Source: an uncultured virus (IMG/VR IMGVR_UViG_3300007735_000789) (taxonomy: Duplodnaviria > Heunggongvirae > Uroviricota > Caudoviricetes). From it: 23,685 bases of DNA. The notes below the pieces were generated by a model. It saw nothing but the letters and a program-made list of their open reading frames with translations, ran no database searches and was not told the origin of the DNA. Positions within the stretch are counted from its first letter, which is position 1, and each line of letters starts with the position of its first letter. The DNA lies in IMG/VR virus record IMGVR_UViG_3300007735_000789; one strand, written 5' to 3'. The translations under genes were made by a program, and so were the position numbers. Of this stretch, positions 1-8,688 are shown piece by piece.

Positions 1-526
1 AGAAACGGAAAAAAATTGGTGTTTCTTTTCCCACCGGGATCTTCTGCACTGTTTGTATTCAATACGCCCGTTAGTGATCGAACGGGAGGGATTGCCCGCA
101 ATTCGTGTAGACAGTGATATTTTAAATTCCGTAACTCAAGGGGCTCCTACGTTTTGTTCATTGCCCCCGTTATTAATTGGTTCTGAGCAACTTATATTCT
201 ACCATTGGAAACACATGACATATAATGATCTAGGTAACCCGTATCTAGTTTATCATCTTAGTGCATTTATGACAGACGAAGAGTTTACAGAAATTACTCA
301 TATAGCCCCACAACCGCTGTTCACAGGTTCTTTAGAAGATACCTTAATCACCTGGACGGACTACGTAGGCAACCCAGTATCCAATCAACCTGCCGTAATT
401 TTGCCATTCGGCGCTACTCTAGATGGCGAAGAATTCGCTATGTCCTTAGGTGTGAACGATGCTTTTATGGGTATCTTTAGGTGCCCAATAAACGAAGTAC
501 TTAAGAAACTTATAAAAGCGTCTTAG
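1..526 (+). CDS. 5'-truncated beta-propeller glycosidase/phosphorylase-like protein (GH130/DUF377-like), C-terminal part
   Basis: The frame is open from base 2 (ETEKNWCFF...LYSIRPL). The EKNW motif and the C-terminal V-x-x-P-F-G...SLGVND pattern are typical of this propeller family. Confidence 0.55.
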   Translation, partial: ETEKNWCFFSHRDLLHCLYSIRPLVIEREGLPAIRVDSDILNSVTQGAPTFCSLPPLLIGSEQLIFYHWKHMTYNDLGNPYLVYHLSAFMTDEEFTEITHIAPQPLFTGSLEDTLITWTDYVGNPVSNQPAVILPFGATLDGEEFAMSLGVNDAFMGIFRCPINEVLKKLIKAS

Positions 527-1050
527 GACTTTTCTTCCCGTTCAAGAGTAGACCAAACAATCAGCCCAGCATCTTCTAATAAAGACAAAATGGTGGGTTG
601 ATCTTGGAAGGTATTAGAAAGTTCACGTAAGCATCGGTCTGCGCCAGCTAGCAGTAGCCCACGGCGATCTAACCCGTCCGTAATTGCTCGCACCGTTTGA
701 ATGTGGGAGCGTAATTCTTTTTGTAAAGACGAAATTTTTGTAGCCGCTGTGGCATAATCCAGCATATTGTTTAGTGTCATATTGCGCACCTGCGTTATAT
801 CGTTTCTGAGTTCATCTATTTCTATTAGTAAGACCTTGCGCAAATCTTCTTTTGGGTATTTTTCTTGAATCCACGCGGTCAAATCGGCAATACTACCTTG
901 ATACGAAGGCTGTAAAAACCGTGCAAAAAGATAAGATTCTACATCACTTGTCGCGTTTTTAGCGTAGTGTATAAAAGAATCTTTCTGAACTTTTTCTAAC
1001 GAACTTAACCAACTGGCTACAGTTGTGTCGGCTTCAATAGTTGTTGTCAT
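523..1050 (-). CDS. Hypothetical helical phage protein (175 aa)
   Basis: Long ORF, 1-bp overlap with the upstream gene, coiled-coil-like central part. Confidence 0.8.
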   Translation of the reverse strand: MTTTIEADTTVASWLSSLEKVQKDSFIHYAKNATSDVESYLFARFLQPSYQGSIADLTAWIQEKYPKEDLRKVLLIEIDELRNDITQVRNMTLNNMLDYATAATKISSLQKELRSHIQTVRAITDGLDRRGLLLAGADRCLRELSNTFQDQPTILSLLEDAGLIVWSTLEREEKS

Positions 1051-1943
1051 TAAGCAAACATAGCATGGCCGCCTAACGCAGCTTGCAAGCCAAACCGTTT
1101 CATGGCTAGTTGACCTTCAACTTGACCACGCTGTAAAGCAAGTTGATTTCGTGTTGATTCTTGCTGTTTTCTTATATCTAAGTTTGTCTTAGCAATATTT
1201 TGTGCCAATGCATTTTCCCCAGCTAGAGCGGCTGTTGCTGAGTCCGCCAACTTAGTTGCTGTGGGCTGAAGCAGATTAGTTTCACCACTCAGAGTTGTTT
1301 TTCCAAGTTCGGTAGTTCCTTGTTGCAGTGTATTTGCAAGTAAACTAGTCCCTTGTTGAGCTGCTGCTCCTTGCTCACTAGCTGCACCAATAGTTTTTTC
1401 AGCTATTCCTTGTTGAGCTTGAATACCTTGCTGACCTAATGCTTGCGTACCAGAAATTTCTTTTCCTGCTATATCCCCAAGACTTAAAGTACCTTGCTGA
1501 GATATTTTACTAGCAGCATCAGCATAAGACTTAGCTAACTCTCCTGCAGTTTGAACGGGCTGCAATTCAGCAGCTAATTTACCCTTACCCGCTGATTCTT
1601 CTAAACCTAACTCTGCTCCAGCAGATTGACTAGCAATTCCAGTTTGAAGTCCAACGGCAGCGTTTTGTTCCCGAAGACCTTGTTCAAATGCCCCCAACTG
1701 AGCATTTGTTTCTGCTCCGCCATACATAGCCTGGAGCCCTGCGAGTTTACCGGCTTCTATCTGTGCTGTAGTTGTGGCAAAAGTTTGAGCTTGAGCTAAG
1801 CCACCAGACATAGGCCCAAAAATTTGAGCGTACAAGTCAGCGGAAGTATCAACTTTAGGTTCTTTAGGTTTAGTTAAATTATTTGCAACAGCACCAATTC
1901 CACTTATTGCACCACCAATAGCTAAAGTAGTTAAAGGATCCAT
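1050..1943 (-). CDS. Ala/Gly/Gln-rich putative internal virion (DNA pilot/ejection-like) protein
   Basis: N-terminus MDPLTTLAIGGAISGIGAVA, A/G/Q-rich composition, 11-residue repeats. The function is inference. Confidence 0.6.
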   Translation of the reverse strand: MDPLTTLAIGGAISGIGAVANNLTKPKEPKVDTSADLYAQIFGPMSGGLAQAQTFATTTAQIEAGKLAGLQAMYGGAETNAQLGAFEQGLREQNAAVGLQTGIASQSAGAELGLEESAGKGKLAAELQPVQTAGELAKSYADAASKISQQGTLSLGDIAGKEISGTQALGQQGIQAQQGIAEKTIGAASEQGAAAQQGTSLLANTLQQGTTELGKTTLSGETNLLQPTATKLADSATAALAGENALAQNIAKTNLDIRKQQESTRNQLALQRGQVEGQLAMKRFGLQAALGGHAMFA

Positions 1944-1975
1944 ACCGCCACCGCCTGTGATGCTTGGGACATAAG

Positions 1976-2731
1976 TTAACCTACTCTAGCAGCAGCTCTT
2001 GCATAAGGTGCAGCTGCAGCCTGGAATAACTGAGAAGCCGCATTCATATAACCCGTGTCGGGTCGTTGTGCCGCTGTCATAGCCGCAGCATTTGCAGCAG
2101 CAATAGCAGCATTGGCATTTATTTTGGTTTGAGTTATAGCTCGCCAAGCATCAATATTGCTTAACTCAATCTGACGAGCAGTATTGGCCTCCGTTTTGGC
2201 CATTGCTGAACGTTCTGCGTTTTGACTAACAATCTGCGATCGATCCCAATCTGCCGCTTTAGAAGCTGCCATTTGAGCATAATTTTCTTTTATAAGACCA
2301 AGTAAGTCAAGATTAGAATTAGCCGTTTCCTTGCCTATATTCGTAGTTGGATTTGTTGAGAAAGGTCCGATCTTATCTTGAACAGCCGGGTCAAATCCGG
2401 GCAAAGACGGATTATTGCCACCAGGGGGAGTCGTAGAACTCTCAGGTTTTTTAGGTGGAATACTAAGGGGAAGACTTTTATCAGCCGGAAGAGGAAATAG
2501 TTTTGTATAAGACGGAACACTTTGCCACCCATAGTCATGGCCCGCATATAACTCAACTTCATTTTTAGGGTTACGTCGAGATGCTCCAATTTTAGGAGCT
2601 AAAACATCGGCTAATACTTTTGAGCCAAATGCACCTAAAGCAATTGGAGTTGCAAACGTGGGAGAAAAGGCATCCCACGCAGTGCGTATGGCGTTATCTA
2701 GAAAAACATTAGGAGGAGTAGTGTCAGCCAT
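1976..2731 (-). CDS. Putative internal virion protein (Pro-rich linker, Ala-rich helical C-terminus)
   Basis: 251-aa ORF packed in the same minus-strand block; composition resembles its neighbours. Confidence 0.55.
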   Translation of the reverse strand: MADTTPPNVFLDNAIRTAWDAFSPTFATPIALGAFGSKVLADVLAPKIGASRRNPKNEVELYAGHDYGWQSVPSYTKLFPLPADKSLPLSIPPKKPESSTTPPGGNNPSLPGFDPAVQDKIGPFSTNPTTNIGKETANSNLDLLGLIKENYAQMAASKAADWDRSQIVSQNAERSAMAKTEANTARQIELSNIDAWRAITQTKINANAAIAAANAAAMTAAQRPDTGYMNAASQLFQAAAAPYARAAARVG

Positions 2732-2733
2732 GA

Positions 2734-3414
2734 TTACACAGGAACAGCGATTTGACGAAGAATAGGACTATCGGAATATGGTACTTGCGAGAATACGTTA
2801 GTAATGGCGGAATTAAGCATTCCTCCCGCCACACCGTATTCAGAAGCTACTCGTTGTTTTTCGATCTGACCAATCTGTTCTTGTTTAGTATTTTCAACTT
2901 TATATTGTCCTTGGAGCCCAGCAATAGCCTGATCGTACTGGCGCTCCATTTGTGCTTGATGGTACGCAATCTCACCCTTTACCTTTGCAAGTGCTTGTTC
3001 ACGAAGGGAAAGACTAGTGGCTTGCTCCTCTGCTTTTTTAACAAGAGTATCGTATACGTATTCTGTTGTATCAACATCTGGAATCTCTATTCCAAATTTG
3101 CGGAGTATTCCTCGTTTAAAATTTTCTCGAAACTCAGTTTGTTCTCGTTGCAGGTATGGATTACTACCTAAAAAATAACTACTTTTATTAGGTCCCACAG
3201 AAACTGCAGAAGTGTCCCCAGGAGCCACGGCGGAAGTAACGGCCCCTACACCAGATCGAACAGCTTGATCCGTAAGATTAGCTGCAGTGTTTGCTAAAAA
3301 CAACTGCATTAACTGATTAAATGCACTGCTGCCACCAGCAGCTGTAGCCGCTTCAATACCAACAAGAGGAGCTAGGGTACTTGCAGCAGGGGCGAGAAGA
3401 GGAGCGACAGTCAT
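2734..3414 (-). CDS. Putative internal virion protein (Ala-rich N-terminus, Gln/Glu coiled coil)
   Basis: 226-aa ORF, 1-bp overlap upstream and 2-bp gap downstream. Confidence 0.55.
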   Translation of the reverse strand: MTVAPLLAPAASTLAPLVGIEAATAAGGSSAFNQLMQLFLANTAANLTDQAVRSGVGAVTSAVAPGDTSAVSVGPNKSSYFLGSNPYLQREQTEFRENFKRGILRKFGIEIPDVDTTEYVYDTLVKKAEEQATSLSLREQALAKVKGEIAYHQAQMERQYDQAIAGLQGQYKVENTKQEQIGQIEKQRVASEYGVAGGMLNSAITNVFSQVPYSDSPILRQIAVPV

Positions 3415-3647
3415 CAGGAACTCGCTGGATTATCGTATGATGTGCCAGATAAAGGCTTCTTGCTATATTCTATACCCTTAGAGTCTTGTTGTGGAAACAC
3501 TCCGTATTTTTGTTGTTCGGGAGATGGATGTGCCACAGTCTGTGGAAAATTAGATTTTAAATACGACTGCAAGAAAAAAGTCGGATTAATTTCCGGACTT
3601 TCATTACGAACATCTTTCTCAGTTAATTGTTGTTGCCGAACATTCAT
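3414..3647 (-). CDS. Hypothetical protein (77 aa)
   Basis: ATGA overlap with the upstream gene, TGATG overlap with the downstream gene. Confidence 0.7.
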   Translation of the reverse strand: MNVRQQQLTEKDVRNESPEINPTFFLQSYLKSNFPQTVAHPSPEQQKYGVFPQQDSKGIEYSKKPLSGTSYDNPASS

Positions 3648-4153
3648 AGAGCCAACTCCTGATACCGCTGTGAAGGCGGAATCGAAGAATTAGTTGGGGC
3701 ATTCAACATAGAATAGTTGCTGCCGTAATTAGGCATATCGTACTCAGCAGGACGTTGAGCACTCAACATGTCCATATGTTCATCACCTTGCTGCTCTAAA
3801 TTATGTACAAAGTTTAAAAATAACTCAGCAATGTGTGGGTCGTTCGTTATCAGCTCAATTAAGTGCTGGATCTCTTCATCTTGCGGTTCATTAACCACAC
3901 CGGCTTGCAACCGATGCATCAATTGACTTTTATATTCGGGTTGAGTGGTATCAGGAAGTGCATTTAAAGACCTTGTGGCGCCCATCTGTACGCCATCTTG
4001 ATCTTCAAACCCGGGAGCAGGGGGCACTGCCCTTCCAAAGTTCTTCAAGACCATGGCGGTCATAGGAGCAGCTGCTGCTTGCTCCGCCGCTGTACAAGGA
4101 ACCGGTAAACCGAGGACCTTAGCTGCTAATTGATATTCCTGAGGCGAAAACAC
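3644..4153 (-). CDS. Hypothetical protein (169 aa, GTG start)
   Basis: Long ORF coupled to the downstream gene; start uncertain. Confidence 0.7.
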   Translation of the reverse strand: MFSPQEYQLAAKVLGLPVPCTAAEQAAAAPMTAMVLKNFGRAVPPAPGFEDQDGVQMGATRSLNALPDTTQPEYKSQLMHRLQAGVVNEPQDEEIQHLIELITNDPHIAELFLNFVHNLEQQGDEHMDMLSAQRPAEYDMPNYGSNYSMLNAPTNSSIPPSQRYQELAL

Positions 4154-4415
4154 CTGAGCACACTACTACTGATTCCTCTATTGTAGGCAGAATTTTCAAC
4201 AAATCGCCAGGTGTAATGTCCAATGTGACACATATTCGCTCAATAACATCTGGCGAAGGTATATATTTATCGTCATAATAAATTTTGCGAGTAGTCGTAG
4301 GCGACAAATCGGCAAGTTTACTGAGTTTAAAAGACGAAACTCCTCTAGAATCAATGATCAACTTAAGATCATTGATCAACCTACTGTAAGTTGTATAAGA
4401 GGAGTAAAAAGGCAT
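4119..4415 (-). CDS. Cro/C1-type (XRE, HTH_26-like) helix-turn-helix regulator
   Basis: LKLIIDSRGVSSFKLSKLADLSPTTTRKI...PSPDVIERICVTLDITPGDLL matches the XRE HTH pattern. Confidence 0.85.
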   Translation of the reverse strand: MPFYSSYTTYSRLINDLKLIIDSRGVSSFKLSKLADLSPTTTRKIYYDDKYIPSPDVIERICVTLDITPGDLLKILPTIEESVVVCSGVFASGISISS

Positions 4416-4447
4416 GAGGCTGTATCAATATAAAACCATTATACTAT

Positions 4448-5218
4448 TCAGAATCCTAAAGTTTTACTACGGACAAACTCTAAATCATACGTTGTGAAGT
4501 CAATAGGCAAACTGGGGATATTAAAAGGTGTCTCATGAACTTCCCCCTCAACGTGTCCTTGCCACGCTGGTGACCATTTTGCATGCATATAGCCTTTGTT
4601 CATCTCATGAGCTTGATGAATCTTCTGAGCTAGCTCGGGTTCGCTGCGCCAAGTCTGACTTCCGTCGTCATATGAGTTAGTCGCCCACCCGTGGTAGTAC
4701 GGAACCCCTACTGAAAGTTCGCGTTTAAGCTCTTTATGTTTAAAACGCATACCGTAATCCATATCTTCGCAGTAACCAGGATACAGATTTTCATCAAAAA
4801 GCCCAAAATGTTGCACAACCCAGTCCTTTAACAAGAAAACATCCCAACCACCATTCAATCCGTGAACAACACCTGTATCAGGATCCTCGACCTTTTTAGC
4901 TAATGCCGCCAGGAACCCAGGCGTAAACATAACATCGTGATTTGAAATCAGCCAATGCGGTGCTTGAAGAGCCGACTTGATGATTAGATTCCACGCGCCT
5001 GCACATCCGATGTTTGCCGGTAGGTGACACACTTTAACTTCTTTAACAAAAGCATGAGGCGCGGTCTTTAAAGCATCTAGTTCTTCTGTAATCTGTCCGC
5101 GACCATTGTTATTTAAAACAACAAAAGTATCTACAGGATAATCAATACTATAAAATAACCTATACACCCAATGCGGAGCATTTACAACGGCAGTGCCAAT
5201 AACAGGTATAGAGGTCAT
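4448..5218 (-). CDS. Glycosyltransferase family 2-like protein
   Basis: VVLNNNG, NIGCAGAWN, ISNHDV (DxD-like) and GLFDENLYPGYCEDMDY are GT-A/GT2 motifs. Confidence 0.8.
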   Translation of the reverse strand: MTSIPVIGTAVVNAPHWVYRLFYSIDYPVDTFVVLNNNGRGQITEELDALKTAPHAFVKEVKVCHLPANIGCAGAWNLIIKSALQAPHWLISNHDVMFTPGFLAALAKKVEDPDTGVVHGLNGGWDVFLLKDWVVQHFGLFDENLYPGYCEDMDYGMRFKHKELKRELSVGVPYYHGWATNSYDDGSQTWRSEPELAQKIHQAHEMNKGYMHAKWSPAWQGHVEGEVHETPFNIPSLPIDFTTYDLEFVRSKTLGF

Positions 5219-5231
5219 GAAACAAACTTGG

Positions 5232-5249
5232 CTGCTACTATAGTAGCAG
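5232..5249. promoter_or_regulatory. Perfect 18-bp palindrome CTGCTACTATAGTAGCAG; candidate bidirectional -10 promoter
   Basis: Carries TATAGT on both strands and is centred in the 44-bp gap between the divergent starts at 5218 and 5263. Confidence 0.6.
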
Positions 5250-5262
5250 TTATAGAAGGCGG

Positions 5263-5970
5263 ATGTCCACGTATCTTTGGGGTCCTGAAGACCATTTAAT
5301 GGTGCCCGTACCTAGCGTGGCATTCTTAATGCACAAAGATGATTCTGGAATGTGCCAGATGCAAAGGGTAGGAATACCTGAGCATCAGATAATTCAATGG
5401 TCTAAAAAGTTTGGGAATAAGAAAAAAAGATTTTTAGATTGTGGCGCCCACATGGGCAGTTACTCTCTACTATTAGCAGACGACTTCAAGGAAGTTAATG
5501 CGTTTGAAGCGCAGAGACGTACTTACTACCAGCTGTGCGGAAACATCTTTTTGTACGAAAAAACTAATGTGTTCCCTTTCCACCTCGCTCTTACCGACAA
5601 AGACCACGCAAGTGCCTACGCTCAATTGAATGTAGTCTCAGAAGACGGAGGGGGTTCGACAATACTTCCAACACAAGCGGGTCAAAAAATAATACGCACA
5701 GAGGAAGTAGAAACGGAGTATATCGATAACTTTGAATGGAACGACGTAGGGCTACTAAAACTAGATGTCAAAGGCAACGAACTGGCCGTACTTGTTGGTG
5801 CCCACGAGACGCTTTTAGCGTCAAACAAGCCGCCAATAATATTTGAAGCAAACAACCACGAATGGTTTGCAGCAAGAAAACGTGAGCTGTTTAGTTATAT
5901 AATTTCACTTGACTACACAATCTCTGAACTTAGGCCATTTGACAATATGTACATAGCCATACACCAATAA
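5263..5970 (+). CDS. FkbM family SAM-dependent methyltransferase
   Basis: FLDCGAHMGSYS, AFEA, LLKLDV(K)GNE and KPPIIFE motifs. Confidence 0.9.
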   Translation: MSTYLWGPEDHLMVPVPSVAFLMHKDDSGMCQMQRVGIPEHQIIQWSKKFGNKKKRFLDCGAHMGSYSLLLADDFKEVNAFEAQRRTYYQLCGNIFLYEKTNVFPFHLALTDKDHASAYAQLNVVSEDGGGSTILPTQAGQKIIRTEEVETEYIDNFEWNDVGLLKLDVKGNELAVLVGAHETLLASNKPPIIFEANNHEWFAARKRELFSYIISLDYTISELRPFDNMYIAIHQ

Positions 5971-5979
5971 TCTGAAAAG

Positions 5980-6052
5980 TACCCGAGGTGGGATTCGGAC
6001 CCACGCTGTAACGATTTTAAGTCGTTTGCCTCTTCCGCTGGGCTACTCGGGC
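5980..6052 (-). tRNA. trnL: tRNA-Leu(UAA), 73 nt, short variable loop, no encoded CCA
   Basis: GCCCGAG/CTCGGGT acceptor, D-arm with GG, AACGA-CTTAAAA-TCGTT anticodon arm, GTGGG-TCCGAAT-CCCAC T-arm, discriminator A. Confidence 0.9.
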
Positions 6053-6065
6053 GTTTCAAAAAATT

Positions 6066-6293
6066 CTATTCTAAATTTTTTAACAAAGCCGTTTCTTTTG
6101 ATTCTTTTAGTAACCAGTACCGAGCTACGATGCGAGCTTGATTATCTTTACTTGAACATTTATAATTACAGTAAGGACCTTGTGTAGTAGGTTTTTTTTC
6201 TTTTTTGTCGTTCCATCGGCGCAGTTTAGATCCTTTTAAGTTAAACTGCATTTTACACACAGGGCACACAAAAGTCATTACGTTGGTTGTCAT
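6066..6293 (-). CDS. Small basic putative Zn-binding protein
   Basis: CPVC...YCNYKC cysteine pairs, Lys-rich. Confidence 0.65.
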   Translation of the reverse strand: MTTNVMTFVCPVCKMQFNLKGSKLRRWNDKKEKKPTTQGPYCNYKCSSKDNQARIVARYWLLKESKETALLKNLE

Positions 6294-6327
6294 ACAAACT
6301 CCACGGATATAAAAAAAATGTTAAAGG

Positions 6328-6690
6328 TTAAAAACCTTTGGCGGAGAGCTGAGCCAGTTTACCTGCACGTTGAGCGTCACCTAAGCAGTCAGCAACAGGA
6401 TACTGTCCGACTAAAAAACCTTCTGAGTTGTAAATAGCTCCGCCGCTATTAGGATTGTTGTTTCGGCACTGAGTGTATGTAGTGTTATAAGCTCTGTCAT
6501 AAACCGCTACACTAGCTTCAGCTTGTTGTGCAGCTGGACCTAGCGATTTCATAGCATTACCCAACATTGCTACAACGCCCCAAAAAGATACAAATACCAA
6601 AATTATCTGCAGCAGTGCTGCTGAGTTGACCGCCACGGCGGTGGCCGGAAGATCTTTGCTGTTGAGCTTGATGTCGATGTTGTTAGGCAT
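6328..6690 (-). CDS. Hypothetical single-pass membrane protein
   Basis: The ATG at 6690 (MPNNIDIK) is preferred over the TTG at 6744. Hydrophobic stretch LLQIILVFVSFWGVVAML. Confidence 0.65.
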   Translation of the reverse strand: MPNNIDIKLNSKDLPATAVAVNSAALLQIILVFVSFWGVVAMLGNAMKSLGPAAQQAEASVAVYDRAYNTTYTQCRNNNPNSGGAIYNSEGFLVGQYPVADCLGDAQRAGKLAQLSAKGF

Positions 6691-6753
6691 GTGAGCTAGG
6701 TAAGGACCAGTATCATGGTAGCACTTTTTTCTGGTTTGCGGCAACCCCAGGGG

Positions 6754-6767
6754 GCTGCTAGTATAGT
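6754..6767 (+). promoter_or_regulatory. Candidate -10 promoter GCTGCTAGTATAGT
   Basis: 13/14 identical to 5231-5244 and 24 bp upstream of the ATG at 6792. Confidence 0.5.
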
Positions 6768-6791
6768 GATGTCAATAAACTGTCACATAAA

Positions 6792-7418
6792 ATGGACGGA
6801 GCCCCGATCCTAGACTCAAAATATACAATTACCCACGGGTGGTACAAATATCTAACAGGTTCTTACGAAATTATTAAAAAAAGTCAACAAGCCCAAAAAC
6901 TGGTGTTTGACCCCGCCGGAAAGCGGTTGATCGTAGAAATAGGTGTGTATGAAGGCGCTTCGACAGTTTGGTGGTCTGATAACTTTCTGGAGCACCCAGA
7001 CAGCAAATTGATCTCGATCGACCCGTTTACCGGATCTGAAGAAAACATAAGAGACCCCAAGAACCACCCGACTTTGGGTCAAATTGAAAAAATCGCCAAG
7101 AAGAACGTATCTCTGAGTAAATACCCAGAAAAAGTTGACTTGAGGAAAGGCTGTAGCTGGGACTTGTACCCCGTAGTATCAACAGAACTAACAGAAGGCA
7201 TCGATATCCTTTACATCGACGGTGCCCACGACAGCGTGTCGGTATGCCGTGACCTCTCTTTGTACTACCCGCACCTAAAACCAGGCGGAGCTTTGATTTT
7301 TGACGATTACGGCGCGGAGAGCGTTAAAAGTGCAGCAGATACTTGCATGCATCTGTTTGGAAACGTAGAGAACGCATTTTTTGCTGGTTGGCAGCTCTGG
7401 TGCTTGAACGCAAAATGA
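6792..7418 (+). CDS. Class I SAM-dependent methyltransferase (Methyltransf_24-like)
   Basis: VEIGVYEGAS, SIDPF, DILYIDGAH and LKPGGALIFDDY motifs. Confidence 0.9.
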   Translation: MDGAPILDSKYTITHGWYKYLTGSYEIIKKSQQAQKLVFDPAGKRLIVEIGVYEGASTVWWSDNFLEHPDSKLISIDPFTGSEENIRDPKNHPTLGQIEKIAKKNVSLSKYPEKVDLRKGCSWDLYPVVSTELTEGIDILYIDGAHDSVSVCRDLSLYYPHLKPGGALIFDDYGAESVKSAADTCMHLFGNVENAFFAGWQLWCLNAK

Positions 7419-8311
7419 CAACACGACCAAAAGTGGTGTGGTTTGGTGATGATTACCAGCAATGGGGCGGAACCTGGGTCGCTTCCATGCTCAGTAAGGC
7501 AGGAGCAACGCCGTATTTTGGCCAAAAATTAGAAAATTTTCCAGTTCTGGAAGATTGTGTGGTAATAACTAACAACAGCAAGGCTTACGAATACATCCAC
7601 AGGCTGAGCGAAAACGGCAATAAGTTCGGCGTGGTTCTTTTATCGGACGAAACTCTAGAAGAACCCATGTTTTACTTAGAGGATTCCAGCTGTTTGTTTG
7701 CCGCCCGTAATTATTTCAGCCCTAAGTACTACCAAGATCCAAAAGTATTTACGTTTCCGCTTGGGTACAGGCACTGCTTTGAGCATTTTGTTAAAGAAAC
7801 AAAGAAAGCATCCGACAGACGTTTGGCCTGGAGCTTTGCGGGATCTCTAAAAGCAGACCGCAGTACAGCCATAAATTGTTTTACAAAGCTCAGACCGTAT
7901 CAATTAAACGTATGCGAATCGTTTAATGATCCAAAACAACTAACGACACGGGAATATGCACAAGTAATGGCGGACAGTGTGTTCGCTATTGCACCTCAAG
8001 GCGGGTACAACATAGATTCGTTCAGGATTTATGAAGCACTGGAAGCAGGTACTATACCTGTCGTCATGAACTCAACGACATATTTTCAAGTAAAACCGTC
8101 TTACTGGCACGTAATTTTTCAAGGCGAAGTAGAAATGCCGTTCGTGCGAGCGGACAGTTGGGATGAAGCTGCGGACAAATGCGCAAAAATTATCCACGAG
8201 GGTCGGTTAGACAAAGTTCAAGCAGAGTGTCGTGCGTTTTGGGACAAGTGGAAAGACCTATGGCGCAAGCGGTTTTGCCAAGAAATTAGCAAATTTAGTT
8301 TAGACCGCTAA
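7415..8311 (+). CDS. Exostosin/GT47-like glycosyltransferase
   Basis: The ATG at 7415 overlaps the upstream stop (ATGA). WSFAGS and YAQVMADSVFAIAPQG...DSFRIYEALEAGTIPVV are the exostosin signature. Confidence 0.8.
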   Translation: MTTRPKVVWFGDDYQQWGGTWVASMLSKAGATPYFGQKLENFPVLEDCVVITNNSKAYEYIHRLSENGNKFGVVLLSDETLEEPMFYLEDSSCLFAARNYFSPKYYQDPKVFTFPLGYRHCFEHFVKETKKASDRRLAWSFAGSLKADRSTAINCFTKLRPYQLNVCESFNDPKQLTTREYAQVMADSVFAIAPQGGYNIDSFRIYEALEAGTIPVVMNSTTYFQVKPSYWHVIFQGEVEMPFVRADSWDEAADKCAKIIHEGRLDKVQAECRAFWDKWKDLWRKRFCQEISKFSLDR

Positions 8312-8461
8312 AAGTGCGACAAAAATTTTTTTAATATGGGCCTGACAGCATATTAACACTAAAGCGTTTGGGGCCACTTTACCCCGCTGATTCCAATAGG
8401 GTTCTCGCCGCCCCCGTCGTATAGTAGCCATATATAAAAAAAAGGCCGAAATTGCGGGCAG

Positions 8462-8579
8462 GTACGCGTACATGCGCGTGTGCGCGTGTGTATGCGCGTG
8501 TGCGCGTGTGTATGCGCGTGTGCGCGTGTGTATGCGCGTGTGTGTGCGCGTGGGCGCATGCGTGTGTGTGCGTGTGCGT
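8462..8579. repeat. Alternating purine-pyrimidine tract with a 20-bp unit (TATGCGCGTGTGCGCGTGTG, about 3.5 copies)
   Basis: Unbroken RY alternation over 8462-8552, one exception at 8553, then alternation continues to 8579. Confidence 0.95.
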
Positions 8580-8646
8580 CTCGTTCTGATCGGAGCAAAC
8601 AACCGAGGTTATTAGTACAATTGTATTATTATTAGGCGGGGATCAA

Positions 8647-8688
8647 AGGTTAAGAAACTTTAACCTAACCTTAACCTGTTCTTAATTG
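8647..8688 (+). promoter_or_regulatory. Cyanobacterial-type Pho box (PhoB/SphR site)
   Basis: TTTAACCT-aac-CTTAACCT-gtt-CTTAATTG at 11-bp period (8659-8688), plus an inverted perfect half-site AGGTTAAG (8647-8654). The cyanobacterial consensus is a CTTAACCT repeat with 3-bp spacers. Confidence 0.65.

Noticed and set aside
8300..8602. Minus-strand ORFs 8300-8602 and 8359-8598 (His/Thr/Arg/Ala repeats)
   Set aside because: Artefacts of the alternating purine-pyrimidine tract, which cannot contain stop codons.
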